The notes below the pieces were generated by a model, which worked only from the letters and a program-made list of their open reading frames with translations, ran no database searches and was not told where the DNA came from. 54,523 nt of DNA from a virus. Its lineage: Duplodnaviria > Caudoviricetes. Below are positions 38,500 through 46,932 of this stretch, one piece after another. The stretch is taken from the IMG/VR virus record IMGVR_UViG_3300044641_010325, positions 1-54,523 of that record, one strand, 5' to 3'. The position numbers and the translations under genes are program-made. The number at the start of each line of letters is the position of its first letter. The stretch's first letter is position 1.

Positions 38500-38696
38500 G
38501 CGGGCGCATCTCGCAGGGTGTCGACCACGATCTGGCCGAGGCGCTCCAGATCTTCGACACACGCTTCCTCGTGGCAATCCATCACGGCGATGTCGATATT
38601 GTGAAACTTGCACGCGAAGAGCTGATGAATCGAGGGCTCAACGGTGATGGTCGGTGGGTCGGATTTGCGAAGGCGGGCGAACTGCTGGGCGTCTAG
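38496..38696 (+). CDS. Small phage hypothetical protein (66 aa)
   Basis: ATGA overlap; LVAIHHGDVDIVKLAREELMNRGLNGDGRWVGF. Confidence 0.7.
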   Translation: MSGRISQGVDHDLAEALQIFDTRFLVAIHHGDVDIVKLAREELMNRGLNGDGRWVGFAKAGELLGV

Positions 38697-38740
38697 CACT
38701 GCCCGCCGGCACCGCGCGCGCCGGCGACAACTCGGAGTTG

Positions 38741-38779
38741 GCATACGCCCCGGCACGGAACCCCGTGTCGGGGCTATGC
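38741..38779. terminator. Long GC-rich hairpin after the small-gene array
   Basis: GCATA-C-GCCCCGGCACGG-AACC-CCGTGTCGGGGC-TATGC. Confidence 0.45.
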
Positions 38780-38948
38780 TTGCTTGCGGCGCTCGGGGGC
38801 GGGGCGAAGTCGAATGTGGTTTGAGATGCCGAATTGTGGCTGGGGGTAATCCGCAGCGTGGCAGTGCTCCTCGTGGTGCATCCGTCCAGTCACCCTACGG
38901 ATGAAGACATCGCGGGCATTCGACCAATCGAGAGAAAAGCAGCCAGTA

Positions 38949-38981
38949 GACTTGGCTTTTATCGAAAAAAGCGCGTTTATA
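38949..38981 (+). promoter_or_regulatory. 33-bp repeated motif, copy 8 (divergent, AT-richer)
   Basis: GACTTGGCTTTTATCGAAAAAAGCGCGTTTATA, same spacing as the other copies. Confidence 0.55.
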
Positions 38982-39153
38982 TGTACATGCCGAATCAGGA
39001 GGAAGCATCAAGCGTCAGTGGCCGATAGCGCACAGGAGCCGGCAGGTGCGCCGCCATCAAAATCGAATGCCGGCACATACCGTACATGCGGACGGCCGAG
39101 GTGCGTCAACACCCCGGCCGCCCTGACCACCACCGTTCACGAGAGGAACGACA

Positions 39154-39243
39154 ATGGCTGCAAATACTCTATCAGGCCCGATTCGGGTCGAACATCGTTC
39201 TTGGCGCCTAGCGGCCGTGGCCGCTTCCGGAGCGCGAACATGA
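39154..39243 (+). CDS. Putative 29-aa leader peptide
   Basis: GAGAGGA RBS; MAANTLSGPIRVEHRSWRLAAVAASGART*; ATGA-coupled to the next gene; hairpin 39093-39120 upstream. Confidence 0.4.
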   Translation: MAANTLSGPIRVEHRSWRLAAVAASGART

Positions 39244-39482
39244 GCGAAACCACGCGCGAGATCCCGTTCCGCATCATCCCTATCGACCAGCGCCCATTGC
39301 TGTTGGTCGCCTCTGGTGTAGAAGTCGCCATCGCACTTCGTGAAGCTGCCGACCTTGAAGATTCGGTTCGTCGCCTGCTATTGCTTGGAACAGAGACGGG
39401 CCTTGACGGAGGAATAGCATACCTTTGCGAGTTCGCTCTGGAGATCTCTGGCGCACTGCGAAAATCGACCGCTGATGAGTGA
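39240..39482 (+). CDS. DUF3077-like small protein (80 aa)
   Basis: PLLLVASGVEVAIALREAADL...IAYLCEFALEISGAL resembles the DUF3077/DUF6124 pattern. Confidence 0.5.
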   Translation: MSETTREIPFRIIPIDQRPLLLVASGVEVAIALREAADLEDSVRRLLLLGTETGLDGGIAYLCEFALEISGALRKSTADE

Positions 39483-40034
39483 CGGCGAACATATCTTGCT
39501 ACAGCAGCAACGCGATTGATCAGATTGCTGCGCGGCCTCAAACTCCAAGTGCAACACGAGAGGCGCTAATAGAAGCATGATTCCGACGGGGCACTGCAAG
39601 TCCGTTTTACGTTCCGGCAGAATGCCCGTGAACTTTTCCAGCTTGCACGTCCCTGCGCGCTTCACGCAGGCTCAGCGGCGGACGGAGGCCGCCTCACTCC
39701 TCGTACTGGGCCTCGACGCCTGCGCTGTGGTGACGCACACGAAAGCGCCGAGTGCATACAGTCTCCAGCTAGCCGTGCATTGCAGGCGTGCATGCCACCC
39801 CGCTCGCTGAAGCACATAGTGAAACGGCTACGCGCACCGGAGATGTTCGAGGCGACGGTCCCGAAGGCTGCCGCCCTCGACTCAACTCTGGAGGGGACGA
39901 AGGTGTCGGTGGCGATTACCTAGATCGCGCATGAATCTGCCACCTTCCCCATTACTAGGCGCCAAGGAGCGCGAGGTCAAGCGGCTTGGCGTACTTCTGT
40001 CAATAAGTATTGCAGCAGCCAGCTATGCTCATAC

Positions 40035-41114
40035 TCAGGTCTCTACTGCGCATCCGCGAGCTTCATCCCACTCGACCACCTGTCCATCGACAAGGAGGAA
40101 GGCAGCTCGCTTTCCAGGCGCGCCAGCCTCGAAGCGGTCAATTGCTTCGAGCGCCGTGGAATCGCATCGCAATACAGGGCGCGATGCTCCAGTACTACTG
40201 TCAATCACGGAATCACGTTGGCCGAGATCGTTGCCGTATACAAGAAGGTCCGTGGCACCGATCCAACCCAGCCCCGGGTTCTTTGCTGGAATTTGAGCGA
40301 TCTCCCGCCCAGCGGCGGCAACCAATATGAGCTTTCCCTCAGTCTCAACCGCTGCAATAGATGCGTCACGTGCCCCCAAGATGCGAGCGAACGGTCCATG
40401 CGCCAGTTTGCGCCGCACAAATCCTTTTGCGACGCGGCACACCGAAAACAAAGTGGCCATTCCACCGTTCCGGATGGTGTACAGGCTGCACTGACTATTT
40501 GGATCTGGCTGTTCGGTAGGAACAACTGCGATCCAAGGCTTAGGTGGGTTGCGTAAGATTCCACTCTCAAACGGAATGCCAAGTTTGAGCGCGTGGGACT
40601 CGGTAGGCGGAGGATCCCATCCATTATCTCTGTACCAAACAATGTCGCGGTACGTAGCGTCGATCATTGCTGCCTCCGACTTGCTGAACGGCGGATGAAA
40701 CAGCACCAGAGTCGGTCTCGGCACAGCTAGGTCAACCAGGTGGATGGCACCCTTCGCATCCACTAGCATCACGTGGCTCTTGGAGCGGACGTCAACCGCT
40801 TCAATCGTGCGGGGAAGCGCCGCAACCTCGCCCAACAACCGCTGGCTGGCTGCATCAAGCGCGATCTGTTCGCCAGCCACCTCGATGGCCGGCGCCTGAC
40901 CCGGCTGCGTGGCCCGGCGCAGTAGCCCGGCGACCTCTGTTGGCTGAAAGGGGCCCGTGCGCGCCAAGGTCCCCAGTACTTCGATGGCACCTTCGCCAGC
41001 CGGATTGGTCTGTTGTGCCGATAAGCCGACTGGGATTGAGGTAAGCAGTCCGAGCGCGACCACTGATAATAAGAGCCTCCCTAAAGTTCGACATGTTCCT
41101 GCAGTCCGTGGCAC
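40035..41114 (-). CDS. Exported hypothetical protein (start uncertain)
   Basis: Long ORF; signal-peptide-like RLLLSVVALGLLTSIPVGLSA-QQ; GTG 41114 chosen to avoid overlap with the divergent gene. Confidence 0.6.
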   Translation of the reverse strand: MPRTAGTCRTLGRLLLSVVALGLLTSIPVGLSAQQTNPAGEGAIEVLGTLARTGPFQPTEVAGLLRRATQPGQAPAIEVAGEQIALDAASQRLLGEVAALPRTIEAVDVRSKSHVMLVDAKGAIHLVDLAVPRPTLVLFHPPFSKSEAAMIDATYRDIVWYRDNGWDPPPTESHALKLGIPFESGILRNPPKPWIAVVPTEQPDPNSQCSLYTIRNGGMATLFSVCRVAKGFVRRKLAHGPFARILGARDASIAAVETEGKLILVAAAGREIAQIPAKNPGLGWIGATDLLVYGNDLGQRDSVIDSSTGASRPVLRCDSTALEAIDRFEAGAPGKRAAFLLVDGQVVEWDEARGCAVET

Positions 41115-41142
41115 GGTATAGTCGCTCAAGGAGGAAAGTTCT

Positions 41143-42606
41143 ATGCGCACTTGGAAACGATTTTTAGTGAGGTTACGGCGCGCGACCCGAACCCACCCGC
41201 TGATAGCACCAATCATCACAGTCGTTCCCCCACTCCTGATCGCGGCACTTTCTTTTAGCTTATTTCAAATCGCCGGTCAAAGTAAGTATGTCGGCGACCT
41301 CGCTGATCAGGCGCTTGCCACGCGCATGAGCATCTTTGCCAACACTTATGAGTCGCGCGTGGGCGCACGTTCGATTGTCTTCCTCAACTATGACGAAGTG
41401 ACCGCCGCCGCGCTGCGAGATCCAGTACTCATCCCTTCGGAAGTCACTGCTAAGACCCTGTCAACGCTGGCGGATTTCCGCCCATGGGCGGTGGTGGTCG
41501 ACTTCGATCTTGGCTATCTGACCAATAAGCAACAAGATTCAACGATATCAGGGCCGGCGTCGCTTGAAGCGTGGCGTGGACTCGATGCCTTGCGGCGTGC
41601 CATCAGGACGCTGGCTGAGGCGGGCACGGTTGTTATTCTCGTACGCGAGACGCTTCCAGGGATTGACGATCCCGATAGCCTGCGGCTGCGTGCGTCGGCG
41701 CTTGACGATTTCGTCGCGAAAACACCACGCGTGCTCTGGGCTACCGCTACCTATGCGGCTGAGCCAAACCGGGTAGTGCGCCGAATCTGGCCGATCCAGA
41801 GCGCCAGCTTAGATGGCAGGCCAGTCGTCCTGCCGTCGGTCCCGCTGGTGCTCAAGCTGCTCACGATGGATGGAAGCGCCGAACGGCTCGACGGCTTGGT
41901 AGCAGCTGGTCTGGCTGGCCAGTCTACCTGCGGAGCGCGCGCGCGGGACAGCTTTATTTTCTGTACGCGGTCGGGAGCGTTCTCAGTTACAGAAAAGCCG
42001 GCGCTGCCGATCGACTACACCCTGAAATGGCCCATTCCGGCCGCGCTGGGACTGCCTCGGATCCCTGACGGCGCCGGCAGCAGGCCACAGACTGCATTGG
42101 CCTCGATTCACCCTTTTGTATTCGGAAATGGCCAGCATGATCCTGCGCTGTTCCGTGACTCCTTGGTGGTGGTGGGCGCAACAGCGGGGCGCCGTGACCA
42201 GCGCCCCACGCCAATCGAGACCATGCCCGGAGCATATGTCATCGCGAATGCAGCTCGCGACTGGATCGAGTTCGGGCCTCGGCGAGATTCCTTTTTCGAG
42301 GGGCTATGTCTTGTGCTGCTTGCCACGCTGACACTTTCGATTCTGCTGCAATTGCTGCGGCAGATCAGCGTAGCTTTAGATCGGTTGCCCAAGACTTCCA
42401 TGGCCGCGCGGCTTTACGGTCGACTGTCACCGCTGCTGGCCCGTCTGCGCAAGTGGCTCGCGCCGTTGCTGACCGGGATTCTCTGGGCCGTATTCCTCGT
42501 CTACGGCAACCCGGCGGTCTCGGTGGGACTTGTAGTGACGGCCTATGTCGTGGTATCGGGAAGCGTCTTTTTCGAGACTTTCGCGTATAGACTGAGTCGT
42601 GCTTAA
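41143..42606 (+). CDS. CHASE2-domain membrane protein with no cytoplasmic output domain
   Basis: N-terminal TM; IVFLNYDE, AVVVDFDL, VVRR, VVVGAT...D.RPTP...MPGAYVIANA; three C-terminal TM segments, then stop. Confidence 0.8.
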   Translation: MRTWKRFLVRLRRATRTHPLIAPIITVVPPLLIAALSFSLFQIAGQSKYVGDLADQALATRMSIFANTYESRVGARSIVFLNYDEVTAAALRDPVLIPSEVTAKTLSTLADFRPWAVVVDFDLGYLTNKQQDSTISGPASLEAWRGLDALRRAIRTLAEAGTVVILVRETLPGIDDPDSLRLRASALDDFVAKTPRVLWATATYAAEPNRVVRRIWPIQSASLDGRPVVLPSVPLVLKLLTMDGSAERLDGLVAAGLAGQSTCGARARDSFIFCTRSGAFSVTEKPALPIDYTLKWPIPAALGLPRIPDGAGSRPQTALASIHPFVFGNGQHDPALFRDSLVVVGATAGRRDQRPTPIETMPGAYVIANAARDWIEFGPRRDSFFEGLCLVLLATLTLSILLQLLRQISVALDRLPKTSMAARLYGRLSPLLARLRKWLAPLLTGILWAVFLVYGNPAVSVGLVVTAYVVVSGSVFFETFAYRLSRA

Positions 42607-42624
42607 CGACAGGGAGAAAGGTGT

Positions 42625-43461
42625 ATGCGGGGTATAGTTTCGGTCCTGACTCTCGCGCTAATGTTGGTCTCTTCGGGATCGGCAATTGCACAGGCGAAGC
42701 AATGCCGCTCACTCAATCCTGGCGTGGTTATCGTCATGGAGGGCGGTTCGCAGGCATTCGAACTCATGCGCAAAGGTCAGCGCACAAAGGTTGGCTATTA
42801 CACTGAATTGCAAGAGGGAGACCGCATCCGGATGGTCGCTGCAGGGCTGCTGCGCATTCAGCAGGCCAATGGGCAATTCGTTTCCATCCAAGAGATGGGT
42901 TCATGGTTCTGCATCGTCGCTGGACCCCGGCTAACTTGGTGGAACAATGCGACTCGCTCGATTGGCGAACTGCTTACTGTCGAGCAGGATGGCGTGGATG
43001 ACCTGCTGACGCGCAACGACGAGTCCTTTCAAATCGCGCCACGGGATGTCGCGGCTGGGACTGCTCGGATCGGTACAGGGAAGCGTTATCTCGCCCTATC
43101 GTGGTTTGGTGGAGAAGCGCCGTTCAACGTCACAATATCGAAGCCGGGCCAGTCTGCATTAGTCGCGGAGACAAATATCAACGCACGGTTGTTGAGGCTG
43201 ACGTCGGCAGTGCGTGATGTGGCACCAGGAACTTATACCGTCGAGGTCCGCGACGCGGATGGACGCACCGTTACCGGGAGTTTCACTGCCTCGGGCAGCG
43301 TCGACCTCCCGGACGGCAGCGACGAAGCGCTCGCGCGTGCCGGTGCGCTTCTTGCCGCCGAGCCAGCGCAATTGTACGAAGCGTTTTTGCTGCTTAGCCC
43401 GTATCGCCGTGATAGTAAGGCTGCGTCCGACCTCATGAACATCATATCCAAGGTCAAATGA
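42625..43461 (+). CDS. Exported beta-rich hypothetical protein
   Basis: Signal peptide MRGIVSVLTLALMLVSSGSAIA; Ig-like C-terminal part (PGTYTVEVRD); coupled to the CHAT gene. Confidence 0.7.
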   Translation: MRGIVSVLTLALMLVSSGSAIAQAKQCRSLNPGVVIVMEGGSQAFELMRKGQRTKVGYYTELQEGDRIRMVAAGLLRIQQANGQFVSIQEMGSWFCIVAGPRLTWWNNATRSIGELLTVEQDGVDDLLTRNDESFQIAPRDVAAGTARIGTGKRYLALSWFGGEAPFNVTISKPGQSALVAETNINARLLRLTSAVRDVAPGTYTVEVRDADGRTVTGSFTASGSVDLPDGSDEALARAGALLAAEPAQLYEAFLLLSPYRRDSKAASDLMNIISKVK

Positions 43462-46388
43462 GCCGTTCATCGCTCCGACGCTTGGGCCGGCAGGCGCTGG
43501 CCCTGCTGTTGCCCCTAACGGTCAGCCTCGTTCTGGCAGAGGACCGGGCGCGTTCTCGCGAGATCGACGATTCGGTGGTGTGGGCCGAGCGATTGGTTGA
43601 ATCGCAAGAGAACAATGCTACCAAGGAACAAATTAGAGAAAGGCGGCTGGCGCTCGAAGCTGCGTATGAACGCGTGATCCGGCTGGGCCCCAGTTACCAT
43701 ACGTGGAACCCGACTCATTTCGGCCCCGTAAAGGTGCACCGGCTACTCGGCATGCTGGCGATCTATGAGGGCCAATTTGCTGAGGCTGAACGGCGGTTCG
43801 CGGAGGCAATCACACTCGCTGAACGATCGGAGCAGGAGCGCGAGGATCTTTCCGATCTCGCGCGCGCGCGCGCGACCGCGCTTGCGCTGGATGGCCGATT
43901 TCACGAATCCACCGTGCTCCTCGCCGAGACGCCGTGTGCGACGGGGGCATCATGTTCAATTTCATTGTATAGCAAGACTTGTCGCCAGGTGATGGCCAAG
44001 ACGATCACGATTGACTGGTCTCTGGTGAAGCGTGGACCGCGGGGGCTGTGTCCAGCGACCGCATTTATTCAGTCGGCAGAGATTGCCGAAGCTTTATCGC
44101 GCTCGGATCTGGTGGAGCCATTTGCAAGGCTCGCAGTGTTCGCGGCCACCGATCTGCGCTTTGTCGCCGCAGGAGAAGCAGGGGCGGTACGCTTCGATGC
44201 CACGTTGCTCCTATTCAACTGGTTCAGGCTTCGAAATCGTGATGCTGAGGCTGCTGCGCTCATACGTGCTGCTCGCACCGACACGGAACTGGCAGCCGCG
44301 GGCGGGGAGTTCTTTCGCTCGCTCGAAGCTTGGACTCGCGACATTGAATCGTCGCCCGCCACCGCCGCAGCACTACCTTCGGCGAATCCATACTCTAGCG
44401 ATACGCTCGACGAGGCAATTGCCAGTAACGAACGCGCGCTGGACGAGGTCACTCCCAATCTGATTACGGTTACGCCTTGGATCGGGGGCCCGCAAGCTAA
44501 CACCGGCAGCATGAAGAACGCCAGCGAAATTCTCAGGGCGCTCGCCATGCAGTACCGTCTCAAGCGAGACTTCGTCCGCGCGCGTCAATATAGTGACCAG
44601 GCGCTCTACTACGTGCCTGGCTTTGTCGCACCCTCACTACCGTTGCGGCTGGATTTTGGCCCGAGAGGCCCTACTTGCCCCCCAGGGCGCATGCACTTGG
44701 CCGAGTGCAAGGCATGGAACGAGGATTCAATCGACAGCTATGCCAACGCTTTCGTCTCCGAGCTACTGCACGAACGTGCTTTGATCGAGGCGGATGCGGG
44801 GAACGTCTCGGAAGCACTGTTGATCGATGAGCGCGGTACACGCGTGCTTCAGAATTGGCTGGCCCGCAATTGGCCCACGCAACAGGACGTACTGCAGACG
44901 CTCAAACAGCGACGCTGGCTGGAGAGCGAACGGCTTGGCATCTTCGCTCGCATCGCTCAAGGAAGTGGGCCAGAGGCCGATGCTGCCAAGGCGCGTGCAT
45001 TTGAAGCAGTACAGCTCCTTCAGTTCAACCGTGTAGAAGCTGGTTTGCGTTCAGCCATCGCGCGTGGTGCCAGCGGGACCGCTGAGCATCAGCTCATCCT
45101 ACAGCAGCGGCAAGTTCTTCAAGAGGAGCGGTTCCGCGTCCGAAATGATCGCGCCGCGAGCGAGGCGGTGGCTGGCCGCATCGCCTTGCTCGAGCGCCAG
45201 CTGCCCTTCTCGGCAAGCGAATTCGAGCGCCGCACCACGTTCGCGGCGCTGGATCTCGATTCAGCAAGAGCTGCGCTGACGCCTGACGAAGCGCTGGTGG
45301 TGCTCACTCAACTTGATGATCGCATCGAGGCGATGGCGATCACTACAGCAGGGGTCACCTGGGTGACCGCGCCAGCAAGCGAGGCATGGGTGCAAGCCGA
45401 GGTCGAGAAGCTCCGGCGCCACCTGGACAATCCCCGAGGTGATCCGCAAGGGTTTGACAGGAACGCTGCTTATATGCTCTACCAGCGCATTCTGGCGCCC
45501 CTCACGGGCCAATTCGGCAATCGCCTCCTTTTCATTTCTGCAAACGGGCCGCTCGCAGAAGTTCCACTTCAGATCTTGGTGACCGAGAGGCCGCGCGGCT
45601 CCGATGTTGCGCCGCAGGCACTGCGCGACACCGCTTGGCTGATGCGCAATCATGCGCTAGTTTCGCTGCCTTCGGTCGCGTCGCTTCGCTCCTTGAAGGC
45701 GAACAAGCGAGTGAACCGTCGCGACGCGCTCATCGGGATCGGCGCCCCCCCCGGCGCCTCGCCGCTGCCGGAAGAGGAGGTGCGCACCGACGAGGACAGG
45801 CAACTAAAATTTGCGGCAGCGGAGTTGAAGAAGCTCGGCGAGAGTCGACGTGGTGGTCCAGTCGTCCTACTTACAGGTCCCAATGCCACCGAGGCCAGGT
45901 TGCGCGCGACGGACCTGCGCAGCACTGCGATCCTTGCCTTCGCTACGCATGCCAAGCCGGGCGGAGCCCCAGAATCACCCTACCCCGGGCTGGTGCTTGC
46001 GCGCGATCCGCGTAATCTGGCCGGTGCGACCAACGACGGCTTCCTCAGCGCGGACGAAGTCGCATTGTTGCCGATCGGCGCGGACATTGTGATCCTGTCC
46101 GCGTGCAGCACTACAAGTTCCGACGGCCGTGGCGGTGAAGTGCTGAGCGGCTTAGCGCTCTCGTTCCTTTTCGCCGGGGGGCAGACCGTGATTGCTACGC
46201 ATTGGCCGGTGGTTGATGCTGCAGCCGCAGAACTCGTCACCGGTGCCATCGGAGGCGCCGCGAGCCCAAGCCCGCAGGAATTAGCCCGGAGGCTTCAGAT
46301 TCAAATGCAGCAACTGATGATGAGCTCAAGCGATTCGCGCTTCGCCGATCCGCGCGTATGGGGCGCTTTCGTCGTGGTCGGTGGCTAG
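43458..46388 (+). CDS. TPR + CHAT (caspase-like) protease with putative signal peptide
   Basis: TPR-like helices; LYQRILAPL, GPLAEVP, NATE, catalytic His AFATHA and Cys LSACST, HWPVVD, WGAFVVVG. Confidence 0.9.
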   Translation: MSRSSLRRLGRQALALLLPLTVSLVLAEDRARSREIDDSVVWAERLVESQENNATKEQIRERRLALEAAYERVIRLGPSYHTWNPTHFGPVKVHRLLGMLAIYEGQFAEAERRFAEAITLAERSEQEREDLSDLARARATALALDGRFHESTVLLAETPCATGASCSISLYSKTCRQVMAKTITIDWSLVKRGPRGLCPATAFIQSAEIAEALSRSDLVEPFARLAVFAATDLRFVAAGEAGAVRFDATLLLFNWFRLRNRDAEAAALIRAARTDTELAAAGGEFFRSLEAWTRDIESSPATAAALPSANPYSSDTLDEAIASNERALDEVTPNLITVTPWIGGPQANTGSMKNASEILRALAMQYRLKRDFVRARQYSDQALYYVPGFVAPSLPLRLDFGPRGPTCPPGRMHLAECKAWNEDSIDSYANAFVSELLHERALIEADAGNVSEALLIDERGTRVLQNWLARNWPTQQDVLQTLKQRRWLESERLGIFARIAQGSGPEADAAKARAFEAVQLLQFNRVEAGLRSAIARGASGTAEHQLILQQRQVLQEERFRVRNDRAASEAVAGRIALLERQLPFSASEFERRTTFAALDLDSARAALTPDEALVVLTQLDDRIEAMAITTAGVTWVTAPASEAWVQAEVEKLRRHLDNPRGDPQGFDRNAAYMLYQRILAPLTGQFGNRLLFISANGPLAEVPLQILVTERPRGSDVAPQALRDTAWLMRNHALVSLPSVASLRSLKANKRVNRRDALIGIGAPPGASPLPEEEVRTDEDRQLKFAAAELKKLGESRRGGPVVLLTGPNATEARLRATDLRSTAILAFATHAKPGGAPESPYPGLVLARDPRNLAGATNDGFLSADEVALLPIGADIVILSACSTTSSDGRGGEVLSGLALSFLFAGGQTVIATHWPVVDAAAAELVTGAIGGAASPSPQELARRLQIQMQQLMMSSSDSRFADPRVWGAFVVVGG

Positions 46389-46504
46389 GGCCGCCTACTA
46401 CTCAAAAGTGCGTAATTTTCGGAACAACTTGCGAAGGAAGCCACTGAAAAACAAGGTGCTTTCACCGCGGCTGTGTTCCCAAAGTTACTGACTTCTCAGT
46501 AATA

Positions 46505-46633
46505 CTACCGCAGCGCTTCGATGTTCAATGCGATATGAATGAAACCGACAAACAAGATGTCGAGTTTGTCGTATCTGCTAAAGATGCGCGGGAAGCCATT
46601 CAGTCTTCTGAATAGCCACTCGATCTCGTAGCG
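46505..46633 (-). mobile_element. IS5-family transposase C-terminal remnant
   Basis: Minus-strand translation RYEIEWLFRRLNGFPRIFSRYDKLDILFVGFIHIALNIEALR*. Confidence 0.7.
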
Positions 46634-46680
46634 TCAAAGATAGATTGCTTTTTTGAGGACACAGCTGTGGCTGGCTTTTG

Positions 46681-46860
46681 CTTTCTTGGGTCACTCCGCG
46701 TTGTATTCGCGACGCCATCGTTCGATTAGTGTTTGTGCTTATAGCTTGCTGGTAAACCAGTGCTCGTTCAGGTACTTGTCACGGAGTCAGCCATTGAACG
46801 ATTGAATGTAGGTGTTCTGGCCCAGCTTTTCTGGTTCGATCTGGCGCTGTGTCATACGCT
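46681..46860 (-). mobile_element. Degraded IS3-family transposase (integrase core) remnant
   Basis: Minus-strand RQIEPEKLGQNTYIQSFNG*LRDKYLNEHWFTSKL*AQTLIERWRREYNAE*, with internal stops. Confidence 0.75.
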
Positions 46861-46932
46861 GGTGGCGTGCTCAGACCGTCGTGTGCTTTGCTCAAAATTC
46901 TTTGATGTTTTCGTAGTGTATTCAACGATCAG

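Noticed and set aside
35821-38981. 33-bp repeats read as a CRISPR array, with the Cas4-like gene at 2206-2940 as a cas gene
   Set aside because: The repeats are separated by 360-800 bp containing ORFs and have a variable core. There is no cas1/cas2 or effector gene, and the Cas4-like nuclease sits in a normal phage recombination module.
35821-38981. Integron cassette array (attC sites)
   Set aside because: No tyrosine integron integrase is present, the motif lacks RYYYAAC/GTTRRRY ends, and it lies upstream of genes rather than downstream.
33259-39482. Diversity-generating retroelement or invertible tail-fibre shufflon after the tail tip gene
   Set aside because: I saw no reverse transcriptase, no template/variable repeat pair and no alternative tail C-termini flanked by inverted sites.
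39490-40030. Short ORFs between the small-gene array and the CHASE2/CHAT block
   Set aside because: They have no recognisable motifs, RBS or consistent strand, so the stretch is left unannotated.
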